NCBI GenBank assembly: GCA_043228905.1
Contig: JBHGNT010000004.1
Span: 24,118,001 to 24,182,000 of the forward strand
Reading direction: 5' to 3'
Source: Azolla caroliniana
Taxonomy: Eukaryota; Plantae; Polypodiophyta
DNA length: 64,000 bases
Below, piece by piece: positions 13,320 through 23,603 of this stretch. Every line of letters starts with the position of its first letter. Position 1 is the first letter of the stretch. The notes beneath the pieces are model-generated. The model was given only the letters and a program-made list of their open reading frames with translations, had not been told where the DNA came from and ran no database searches. A program made the position numbers and the translations under genes.

Positions 13320-13608
13320 ATGAGAACACTACGTCGAAAAAGGGCACAAAAGCACGCAGTTTTCAAAAAGACACGACGCATGCGTAAAGCTTTTCAGAAA
13401 AGGTGGCAAAATATATTGAATTTCAACATGACTACCACTTTGAGTCATAAGTAAAATGCCTCCAAAAATACATCACCAAAATTACAAAATAATGTACAAC
13501 ATGTCTACCAGTTACAATTATACATATTCGTGAGTTTACATCCAAACAAATTTACAAAATTTCCGATCATGTAGTAAAACAATCCCCAGCTTGAACCAAA
13601 CCAATATA

Positions 13609-16281
13609 TTAAGACATGTCTGATGGACTAGAAGAGCATTCTGACGTCTCATCCTCATCATCAGTGGCAATCAAAGCATTATCCTCATCCAATTCCAACC
13701 CAACATCTTTGTGGTTATGAGAATTGCTTCTGGTTTTTCTCTGTATTTCGTTTGACACCATGTTTGGGATTTTCTCCTTTATTATCTTGATAGTTGCTTG
13801 TCTTAGATGACCTGATTTTGTCAATGAGAAGTCATATACTAGTATGTCAACACAGTCTAGTGCGAGAGTAGTCGTGCTCGGTATATTCTTTCTTCTTCTC
13901 TTTCTGCTTGAACATCCGACATCCTTAACCATCTCTAAAGAATACTTTCCTGTAAATGCATCAGTTGAATTTGTCTGATACCAATGGACTACTATTGACT
14001 TTGTTTGACTACTTTCTTCATCCCTTACTAATTCAATAATTTTTGCAATCCAAAATGGATGGCCCAAGGTATCGTCCCCTGCTAATGTTGCAACCAACAT
14101 TCCCACTTGTAGTTCTTGCAAATTACCTTGCCATCTTGCCTCAATAGTACGTGACTTTCTTGGTCCCACATAAATATCTCTTTGCAGTGGCCGAACTAAA
14201 TCATGAAGCTCCATATTATTTGATTGTTGGTGATGAGTCTGCGATATCGTTGATGTCATCCCAATGTTCCATGTGAATGGGATACGGATTGACCATAAAC
14301 CGGCGATGTAATTATCTAAAATGGTGCGTTGATGGGTGAAGAAAATCTCCCACCATTCAACATCCTCATCACCGGCATACTTCTTAGTCCGATCAATATT
14401 ATTTTGTTTCTCTACTAGACATCTCAACCAATATGCCCTTTGTTCATCAATAGTACTATTTGGTGCTACATTTTTACGATCATCAGATGGCATTTGTTGT
14501 GCACCATGTAGAGGTTCATCTGGGATATGAAGAAGGAGCCTACAACCTTCTTGGGGCTCCCATTGTGCACTAGATGAGTATTGTTTCGCAAACAACACCG
14601 TCATCTTCAGGTGGGCCGATCTTTGTTTTATGAGGAAGACATGGTTGAAACTTATTTTATTAAGAGGTGCAAGCACCCTACCTTTAGTCCCGTCACTATC
14701 CATGGAGAAACATTTAAAGTCGTATACTTCTTCCAAGTGTTGTACTTCAGGCTTTGGTGTGTATGCTTCACTAATCAATTTGGATAGCGTGGGAAGTGTG
14801 AAAGCATTACAGCAAGCAAGTCTCTTTGAGAACCTACTGAACATTTGATCTATGTGATCATGGGTATGACCAACCAACAAGAAGTTAACCTTTATCTTTT
14901 TAAATATGCCCCTCTCTACTAGCATGCTTAGATAGCCGAAGACAGTTGAGTTCTTATTCTCTCTTGCTGTGTTGTCTAGTTGCACATATAGAACTGGCGG
15001 GAGTATACCTGACCATGATTGCAATACCCTGTGCATGACAGTGACAGTAAGATTAGGGTCGTTGTGGATATTGGGATAAGTTAAAAACACTTGCGGTCTT
15101 ATAGTTTGACAGTATGTCAAACAACCCACTAGATGCATTTGCACGAGACACTCATCTCCAATATCCTTGGGGAGTCTTTGAAAATGCGGCAAACAAGTTT
15201 TCTTTTGATCCATGCCGTCAATAATCATGCACATATACTTTTCGGGAGATTGAAACGCTTTTTGTCGGTGATGCATAGCCTTAGTACGTTCCAATGCCTG
15301 ACTTTCACGATGTTCTTTTAACAAGTTCTTGTAATTCTTGATCTCTACATCTGATTTTCCACCCTTGGCCATACTTTTTAAACTCGCACATATTGAGCAG
15401 ACTCCCATTTGCACCTTTCGTGGGATAACCACGTTATTAAATTGTAACCTCCATAGTCGATTAAAATGCCTGTACTGTATGTAAGGCTCAACATCGGAAG
15501 ACGTGTCGTCCTTGTACGATTGGTAAACTTCCCTTCGAGTAAAGTTATCTGACAAATGAAGTCTTCCTGTCGTTGGCATAACTTCGCACTGTTTTGAAAA
15601 ATATACCTCCATCCACCTAATTGCCTGTTGCCCAATTTGACCCTTACATCCAGAACCATTTTGATCGAATTGTACCCAGGAGCCCTTCACAAGTCGCTCT
15701 TGAACTCGTTGCAGCCGCATATTTCCAATGCTATGAGTGATTTTAAAAGCTGCTCGACAACACTTGGTATATAGTCCAAGGAAATATTCAACTTGCGTTG
15801 AAATAGGCCCTGCTTTGTGATCCAATTTAAGTTGCATATGCGAAAGAAGAAATGTATCTTGCTCTTCCCCATTAAGCGACAAGTATTTTTGTCGTGTTTC
15901 ACGTAACCTTGACTTTCCATAAGTTGATAGACAGAGATTCGCACAACACGATTTGTTCAAGTCGCATAGAAGTTGACGATCAGAACATAAGAAATTAAAT
16001 CTCTTTTCACTAACTTGTCGAGGAACTCTTTTAAATGCTAGAGGTTTAGTAATGCTATTGTTATCTATCGACGAAGAATCGTCCGCTTGTAAGCTTGCAT
16101 GAAGAGGGCCATCAACAGGATCAATTGAAAACAGAGAATTCGAAGTACTAAGAGCCACACTTTTCTGTTTAAGCCGCGAATGTTTTTTGTGGTCGTACTC
16201 TTCTATTGAGAAATACGAGTTGTCTGACAATGAAAAGGGGGCAATATAAAAAAGAGATGTTCTACTTGTAGAAGAAGACAT
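13609..16281 (-). CDS. 890-aa DDD-type transposase, Sola1-like, with a C-terminal beta-barrel (BAH/Tudor-like) region
   Basis: Uninterrupted ORF inside the TIRs. Motifs CSICASLK...EH (zinc-binding-like), IIDGMDQKK, LYVQLDNTARENKN and FLLVGHTHDHIDQMFS resemble the Sola-type catalytic core. Confidence 0.85.
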   Translation of the reverse strand: MSSSTSRTSLFYIAPFSLSDNSYFSIEEYDHKKHSRLKQKSVALSTSNSLFSIDPVDGPLHASLQADDSSSIDNNSITKPLAFKRVPRQVSEKRFNFLCSDRQLLCDLNKSCCANLCLSTYGKSRLRETRQKYLSLNGEEQDTFLLSHMQLKLDHKAGPISTQVEYFLGLYTKCCRAAFKITHSIGNMRLQRVQERLVKGSWVQFDQNGSGCKGQIGQQAIRWMEVYFSKQCEVMPTTGRLHLSDNFTRREVYQSYKDDTSSDVEPYIQYRHFNRLWRLQFNNVVIPRKVQMGVCSICASLKSMAKGGKSDVEIKNYKNLLKEHRESQALERTKAMHHRQKAFQSPEKYMCMIIDGMDQKKTCLPHFQRLPKDIGDECLVQMHLVGCLTYCQTIRPQVFLTYPNIHNDPNLTVTVMHRVLQSWSGILPPVLYVQLDNTARENKNSTVFGYLSMLVERGIFKKIKVNFLLVGHTHDHIDQMFSRFSKRLACCNAFTLPTLSKLISEAYTPKPEVQHLEEVYDFKCFSMDSDGTKGRVLAPLNKISFNHVFLIKQRSAHLKMTVLFAKQYSSSAQWEPQEGCRLLLHIPDEPLHGAQQMPSDDRKNVAPNSTIDEQRAYWLRCLVEKQNNIDRTKKYAGDEDVEWWEIFFTHQRTILDNYIAGLWSIRIPFTWNIGMTSTISQTHHQQSNNMELHDLVRPLQRDIYVGPRKSRTIEARWQGNLQELQVGMLVATLAGDDTLGHPFWIAKIIELVRDEESSQTKSIVVHWYQTNSTDAFTGKYSLEMVKDVGCSSRKRRRKNIPSTTTLALDCVDILVYDFSLTKSGHLRQATIKIIKEKIPNMVSNEIQRKTRSNSHNHKDVGLELDEDNALIATDDEDETSECSSSPSDMS

Positions 16282-16578
16282 TTTAGGGAGTCTAATTGTA
16301 TTCTAAAACCTTCTTTTGAGAAAATTAAGGAATGCTAAAGCCTAACTATATAACTACCCGAACACTTAGATTAACTATATTATTTTCCGAAATTTTCCTA
16401 AAAAAAAAAAAATTAAAAATTATTTTTTATTTTAAAAAGAATGCTAAAGTCTTCTATATAAGGAGGTTAGAAATTTCATTTTCATTATCACGTGAAAGAA
16501 TCCATCGAGCTCAGAGCACAGGCCAATTTTCGAGCACTCAGAAGCACATCGTGGACAGCACTATCTCCGGCACGAACC
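16282..16578. promoter_or_regulatory. Putative bidirectional promoter between the transposase and methyltransferase genes
   Basis: About 300 bp of AT-rich spacer between divergent ATGs (16281 minus, 16579 plus). CTATATAA boxes at ~16346 and ~16454. Confidence 0.5.
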
Positions 16579-19500
16579 ATGAACAAGGGAAAGAAAATCG
16601 TCAGGTTAGTAATATTCATTACATTTTTTAAGATTCCTAAAGATTCCTTAAAGATTCCTTTCCTCAACACATAGAAAATTTATTTTATTTTGTACAACGA
16701 ACTTGGAAAGCAATTCTGAAAGCTAGGACCTTCAACCAAAATCCGATGCACTGCAACGGATTTTGGTTGAAAAAAATGATGTTTTTGCGATAAAAAACTA
16801 TCGCATGGGACCATAAAATTGACGTAATTTAAATGATAATTTGCGTGATTTAGATAAAAGTGTACGTTGTTTCTATGTTTTCACCAACGTTTTTAATTTC
16901 AGTGAACCCAAACAAAAAGTTCCTTCATTTAGATTGAAGATTCGATCTCCGACAAAACGAGATTTTGGCTCCTTCATGAAGGACACGAGTAAAAAGAATT
17001 TATTTGACTCAACGGGGGAAGGAGGATCCAAGTCATCTGTGGCTACTACCAAAATCAACAAAGGTAGTACGCAAGAGGAGAAAACGGTTGAGGTGAAATA
17101 TAAGGATTACCCCGAACTTGAATGGTGTCTCTCTTATGTCGAGGAGGATGGGGTGTTGTTATTGATAATGGCAAAATCGGACGGGGAAGGGAAACTTCAG
17201 CTTGGAAAAACATTTAATTACGGGCATGTAACCAAGCTAGAGTACGAAGACATTGACTCTACAAGTATTTTAATCGACGTCTCGAGCTCAGTTGGCAACA
17301 AGCGATTGCGACTTGATGAGGGAAACCTAGTACCCGAATCTTGCAATCCCAAGGCTTTGCGTAAAGACCTGCAAACGAAAAATAACTTGTTGGTAGCTCT
17401 TCGGCCGTACGTGACAGGAGAGATGATGACCGGTGAAGCAGAAACTCCACCGAAAAAGTCTAGGAAGACAAATCCTGTTCAAAAGAAATATACTAAACGA
17501 CCACGACCCGAAGAAGAAGAAGAAGAAGAAATATTAGAGTTCGTGGAAGAAGAAGACGACCAACAAGTCGACATCGTGGCTCCAGGTGGACAACTATCTT
17601 CTGGTGTCCTGACGTCAGAACAAAATAAAATAAGAGAAAATATTGTGAAGACTAAACTTGTGCGCAGGGGCCAGCTATTTCATTTGTCCATTACTTCTAT
17701 CCAAAGGCCCCCCATTGACCCCGTGACTGGAAGACGTCCCTTGGAAATTAGGGAGCCGCACTCCGTCCATGTGCAAAACCTGAAAAGCAAAATGAAAATC
17801 AATCCTCACGCTACTGTGGTGCCATTTTTGGTAATGGTTGATCAAGAACAATGCCCAACAGTAGCAGATTTCAAGTATAGCTCTGCAGACGATTACACAT
17901 ACTATGTAATCGGAGGATCACATTCGGCCGAAGCTCGACGACAGCTTGTCAAAGAATATCCTCTCACGCCGTTCTTCAAATACGCCGAATGTAAGGTATA
18001 TGCAGGACTAACTCACGAGGAGGCGAAGCTGCTCGCATGGGACCATAACAATGACAATGATTATAGGCAAAAGATGTCATGTATAGAGAGGATAAGATTT
18101 TTTCATCATGAATACCTCGATGCCTTGAATCGTTTTGGTCCAAGATTGTGGCCTAGATTGCGACGTCAGTGTTTATTGGAAGTAGGGATTGCAATGGATG
18201 AGAGTACCAAATCCGAAGGTCTCCGAAAATATCATTCTTGGTTTCAACTAGCTTTTCGGACCGGAGAGGTGTGGGATCTCCAAGACAAAATATTCTCTAT
18301 GTGGGAGCGGAAAGAAGTCAAGGGGCAAAGATCAAAAAAGGGAAGAATTGATCCACAAGTTGAGATGAAATCAAAGACCAAGGGAAAAAGCGACTTGGTA
18401 ATCGAGGAGTTAGCAGAGGACATGAAACTTTTACCTTGGAGATCATTACAAGGTATCAAAGATGATAGATTGTTAATATCCGTGCTATCTCGAGTGGTCG
18501 CCAAGGAATTTAGTTTGGACGAGATTGTAACAGACTTGCAAAAGTAAGTGTTTATAGTATACCTTTTCATGAAAGTCTTCAATTATTTTGAATATCTTAT
18601 TTCTAATTTCATATTGATTATGCAGTCACAAGGTATACATGAAGATTCAGGAGTTGATGATGCAAAAACTGAGTTTACCGACATGGGAAGAAGTTGAACA
18701 AGCCTGCCCGATAACTTCTTCCTACAAGGCATTGGAGGAATATTTTATTGTATTTAGAGAATGGGTATGTGTCTTTTGAATGTTGATATGTTAGAAAGTA
18801 AGGTTCCCTGCTAACAACAATGACACTTGCAGAAACCATCAAAATCAAAAAAGAACAACGACAATAATGACGGTATTCCAACGGCCTTCATCACGCACTT
18901 AGAACGTGCGAAATATGAGAAGAGAATGACCAAAGGGAAGGAAATGGAACTGCCCGAGGATTCGGAGACTGTAAAGAGTTTTTTGCATAGGTCTGATCCT
19001 TTCAAACAACTTCATTATAGTGTTTTCAATGGCGAAGTATCCCAGATGCTCGAACTGTTACCGAGAAGGCACTACACTTTGCTGATAGCTGACATACCAT
19101 ATGGTTTCCGTATTGCGGGATCAACATATGATGATGTGCCTTTCAAGTACCCTCAGATCGAGAAAATGGTAAAGGATTTCGCAGAACTGACATTGGCCCC
19201 CTTGTGGAGGATAGTCATATTTCATAGCATGGAGCAATCACTGTCAGTCACAACAGCTTTGAAGTCCCGTTGTCATGCCACTGAACACATGCATTGGTGT
19301 GTTATAGTTCGCTTTTACTCATTACAGTACTTCTTATTATATGTACACATTTACATCTCTAATACTTGATTTTCTTTCTCTATAGGATCAAAACAAATAT
19401 TACACGTAGCCCTAGCGATCGAATGGTTAGTGCGGTCGAACATTTTTGTGTGGGCTACTATGATTCAATTACAAAGAAGAAGGCTAGAGCACATGTCAAT

Positions 19501-20115
19501 GAGCATAACGTGGTTAACTACATCATGTGCCCAACTGTAACCAAAAAATTAAGACATGTGTTAGGGGATAAAAGTATGGTGAACCCTTATCAAAAACCTC
19601 AAAGATTGATCAACCGCCTCATAGAGCTCTTCTCGAATCCAGATGATTGGGTCCTAGACTTGTTCTCTGGCACAGGTATAATATATATATTTAATTTCAA
19701 TCCTGTCGATCAAGTTTAAGACGTTACTTCTTATATATACTTGTTTGTGTTCATGCGACCATTAGGTACAACGACATCTTGTGCATTGAAGATGTTTAGA
19801 AACTGTGTTGCATTGGAGAAGGACCCTGCTCAAGTTAACTTCATCAAAATGAGGATCACAGGAATCTGGGACTGTCCAGATCAGGATCAAGAAGTCGGAG
19901 CAAAACACATCAACGAGACAGAGATGTTCCAGATGACTTCACGAGAACCAATGGAACCAATTGATGAAGAAGCAGGGGAGCTGGTGGACCTGGAAGATGT
20001 AGCACAGTTTGACCATACATCAGATTCGGGAGAGCTTGGAGATGACACGAATGAAAACAATCTAGAACAATCAGCGCCAGAGGAGCCTGCTCTGCCTGAT
20101 TTGCTTATAGATTGA
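16579..20115 (+). CDS. Six-exon ~969-aa protein: ParB/Srx-like domain fused to a beta-class N6-adenine/N4-cytosine DNA methyltransferase
   Basis: Exons 16579-16604, 16903-18543, 18626-18764, 18833-19296, 19386-19675 and 19766-20115. All introns are GT-AG and all junctions in frame (2910 nt). Motifs YYVIGGSHSAEA (ParB-like), LLIADIPYG (catalytic motif IV), NPYQKPQRLINRLIELFSNPDDWVLDLFSGTGTTTSCALKMFRNCVALEKD (motifs X/I/II, SAM binding). Confidence 0.88.
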
Positions 20116-20841
20116 TGTAGATGGCGTAATGTAAAAATTGAGGATTTTGAGGCATAATGTTCACCATCACTTCATATTATATTTGTATATGAGAACATCT
20201 GTAATTGTTTATTGTTTAATTAAATTCACCTGTTCATAATTTCCCTTTTTAATCATTATTGGAACCGTTGTTTGTATTTACATATAATTGGTCACCATGC
20301 TCTTCTTCAATTTGAGATATTAACATGATATTGTAATTTCTCATTTCCGTTAGCATGACTGTATATGAAAAGGCAAATGTTTTTGATAATAAGAGGTTTT
20401 TAGTTACCTACGGTTCAAGTCTACTGGTTCCACATAGTATAAATGAATGTCATACGTAATTGTTACTCTTACCGATTACATTGTCATGAACTATATGACA
20501 TTATACAATGAAACTATCGATATACCCGTCCAACAAGTGGGGTACTACTTTATTCCTAAACCCAAAACCACATATTTATAATTACGGTTTATGTAGTTTT
20601 ACTCTACAATTTGAATATGGATACCAATTTTACAACTTTATATTGAACCAAGTCTTCAATTGTGCTCCATGATATGCAAATTGACACAAATGTGGACACA
20701 TATACAATTTAGTAATTGCTAGGTTTTTTTTGTTTTATATTTAACCATCAAGTCGCAAAAGGGGTACGCATGCATCGTATATTTTCGATATCAGGCTAAA
20801 ATAGGGTACTTTTCTACATCTGGCCAACTATGCCAAAAGAG

Positions 20842-20878
20842 AATACGACATATTACCTGTTTCAAATGACCCGGTGTT
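20842..20878 (-). repeat. Right TIR (37 bp)
   Basis: AATACGACATATTACCTGTTTCAAATGACCCGGTGTT, followed by TSD CTCC. Confidence 0.93.
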
Positions 20879-21877
20879 CTCCATAGATCTCTTCATTCCT
20901 CCTCTTCCGAAATTCACCCGTAGGGGTCTTCTAGTCTCGCTTGAGCAGATCATGTTGTCCTCTATGTATATGATATTTTGTCGAATCGCCTCTCGAAGGC
21001 TCGCACAATCCCTTCTCATGTGGTCCATGCTATCGCACCACACGTATCTAAAGGGTTCTTTTCCTTTAGGGCCCCGACGATTCATGTTGGCTAGCGTGAC
21101 CTTCTCGAACTTCTTCGCTAGCTCTTCAATGATGTCGTCATCAATCTTCTTTTCTTCCACGTTACTTTGTCTCAGCGGCTCAGCTACTTTCGGCGGTCTT
21201 GCTTTCTCCGTGGTAGTCGGTCCCGTCAAGTCGGTGTCATCAACCCATTAGCGACGCTTGTCGAGCCTATTGCATGCCCGCTTCACCACGATCCAGTCCG
21301 CTACGAGCCCATTTGCTTGGGTATCATCTTCGAGAAGAGTCCCCAACTCCCATCTATTCTTTATGTCCACGGCCTTCAAGAAGTACAAAGTCTTGTCCTC
21401 TTCAAGCAACACTTGGTCCGTATTGGGGAGACGACTAAACATCTGGTCGAATTCGTCGTACACCCTCGAGACGCTCATCTTCTTATTCTTCTTCTCTATC
21501 TACTTCATCAGGGCATGTCGAGTCATCCTCGTTGAGTCTTCAGTCACGAACTCCGCTAGTATCGTTTTCTCGAACTCAAACCATGTTGTCTTACCTTCTT
21601 GAAGCTCGATGACGCGTCTTTGGATGTTGTTGGCGACAACTCTCTTGAAGCCTGCGATTTGACGTGCCTCGGACACGTCCCTCTGATTCATCTCCCTTCT
21701 ATATGCATCAAGGAACTTCGTAACGTTCCTTCCATCGAATTGGCCCTCGAGCTCTACGACACGATCAACAGCCTTCTCCACGCTCGCGTCGTTGTCCCGA
21801 GATCTCATCATTTGCTCGACGATTAGCATCATCCTTTCGAGCTCTCCCGCTTGGTTGCTTGAGGACGCCATCTCCAA
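20879..21877 (-). pseudogene. Gypsy gag N-terminal part, disrupted
   Basis: FDGRNVTKFL... and a degenerate zinc knuckle (WCDSMDHMRRDC), with in-frame stops. Continues at 13282 beyond the nested transposon. Confidence 0.85.
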
Positions 21878-21912
21878 GTATTAATCTCGACTTGATCCTT
21901 CCTACCGCCTCT

Positions 21913-21930
21913 TTCACGTCGAGTTCACCA
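21913..21930 (-). promoter_or_regulatory. Primer binding site complementary to the tRNA-Trp 3' end
   Basis: Minus strand reads TGGTGAACTCGACGTGAA, 8 nt inside the 5' LTR boundary. Confidence 0.8.
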
Positions 21931-21938
21931 CTTAATTA

Positions 21939-22969
21939 TGTCGTGAAGATCAGTCACTACGCGCGGATCGTGAGGCGGAACCGCCGGGGTTCTAGACCGG
22001 AAGGATTCAAAGTCGGTACAAGCTTTGGCGAGAAAGTACTTAAGATAGATTGGGAAAGAGAGAAATTGAGATTAAACGATTGAGAGAGATTGATTGAACT
22101 TTTATCTTTGGATTTAAGAAACAAGTTACATCATCAATTTGATAACGAATTTCTTCTTCTTAATTTCATAAAAAAAAATGTGTTTTTTCTCCTCCCCCTT
22201 CCTTCTTTTATAGATGCTCTCATGCAGATGATGCATGTGAGGGTACAAGACATGCATAAAATGCATGTTTGCCATTTGGCGCTTATGTATTACATGTGAT
22301 GCATGATAACCATGTCACTCATTTTAGCTCTCATGTATGAGAATTTACATGTAAAAGTACAATGATAGAAATATAAATTCATTTAAATGTCATGGCTTAA
22401 TGGTAAGCCAATTGACTCCTAACTCGGAGGTGCAAGGTTCGAATCCTTACTTGCCCTCCTTGTAAATATATTTATTTATTTATCTAGTCACCGGACGCCG
22501 GTTCGTCGGATGCCGTCGGTTACCGGTGCCTCGCCGGATGCTGTCACCGGTTGCCGCTGAATCACCGGCTCCATCGCCGATCCGGTTTTGGTTGGCCAAG
22601 ACCCTTTACGAGTAGCTAGCCCACCTCCACTCTTAGCTCAAGTTACCTTGAACTCTCTATGCTCCACACATAGACACAAAGATAATATCTTTTGCTCTAC
22701 CTTATATATGATTAGAGCCGTATTTGTCGTGCCTATGTGGGATATCTCACAATTTTCTCTTTTCCTTTCACAAACTTTATACCCTCATATCTTGACATTT
22801 AGTTGTCCGTTTCTCGTGTAATAAAGTACATTTGAAACCTCCATCATTTTGTACTTAGATATTAAATTTATTTAAAATGTTATCTTCACAATTATTGTAT
22901 TATGTGATTCATACTCGATTTCATACGTTTTATGGGATTTTCACACTATTGCCGAAAATCTTCACGACA
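21939..22969 (-). repeat. 5' LTR of Gypsy (1031 bp)
   Basis: Direct repeat of 7210-8310, ~70 bp shorter in the GCCGG-rich block. Confidence 0.95.
22386..22456 (+). other. tRNA-like A-box/B-box module in the 5' LTR
   Basis: Same sequence as 7657-7727. Confidence 0.6.
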
Positions 22970-23269
22970 ACGGTGTAGACGAGCCTTCTCCAACCAAACC
23001 GCGCATCCAACAAGGTTACTACAAGATTGTAGCCACTCTAAAGAGCCAATATGATGGCCTCAAGGGCGACTCCGATGGAGTTAAAAGACAACGAATAGCC
23101 TTTATCCAACAATGGTCGTCCTCTCCCTTTCTTGAGTTAGTGGGCATCCACATAAGATGGAACTATCGCGTCCCTACAGGGATTTGTACATAATAATCTC
23201 ATTTGTAAAATGTTATAACTAATGGAAGGAGTGTTTTTTTGGAAAAAAAGAAAAAAGAAAAAAGAAAAA
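22970..23269 (+). mobile_element. 3' remainder of the second LINE copy with A-rich tail
   Basis: Resumes at ACGGTGTAGACGAGCC (matches ~5002 onward) and ends in (A)6G repeats. Confidence 0.85.
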
Positions 23270-23533
23270 TGCAAATTACTTTGTTTCAACCACTACTCAT
23301 AATCAAAGGTATATACCCCATTCTTATTCAACCTTAGATGATAGCCATCAAAGAGACTCGATGGATCCACAACGGTATGACAAGATTATTAGTCACTTAG
23401 TTTGACTCCATAAATGCGTCAAGATTATCCATTGTTGCTGTTTGGTTTGTCGAAGTAAAGGATCATGCGTCAATGTTATACTCTATAGTTGACAAATAAA
23501 CATGTTACATTGTAATTCAGTGGGATGTGTAAT

Positions 23534-23536
<3 letters not shown>

Positions 23537-23602
<66 letters not shown>
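23537..23602. repeat. (CT)n microsatellite
   Basis: Directly visible. Confidence 0.95.

Positions 23603-23603
<1 letters not shown>

Larger units (their letters stand above)
13283..20878. mobile_element. Apparently intact 7,596-bp TIR DNA transposon (Sola-like) carrying a ParB-methyltransferase cargo gene
   Basis: TIRs AACACCGGGTCATTTGAAA(T/C)AGGTAATATGTCG(C/T)ATT at both ends. 4-bp TSD CTCC (13279-13282, 20879-20882). Removing the element and one TSD restores the Gypsy gag frame (...MKRSMEDADATHVDAM...). Confidence 0.93.
7210..22969 (-). mobile_element. Full-length Ty3/Gypsy LTR retrotransposon (Phygy-like), carrying a nested DNA transposon
   Basis: LTRs at 7210-8310 and 21939-22969 (TG...CA). 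TSD ACGG (7206-7209, 22970-22973). tRNA-Trp-type PBS, PPT, and gag-PR-RT-RH-INT order on the minus strand. Confidence 0.95.

Noticed and set aside
16841-16902. ORF-track start of the 568-aa ORF
   Set aside because: It is a TTG start within a pyrimidine-rich intron end. The in-frame upstream exon with ATG at 16579 is more plausible.
16579-20115. Bacterial contamination or a restriction-modification system
   Set aside because: The gene has spliceosomal introns, sits inside TIRs with a TSD in a plant retrotransposon, and has no endonuclease partner.
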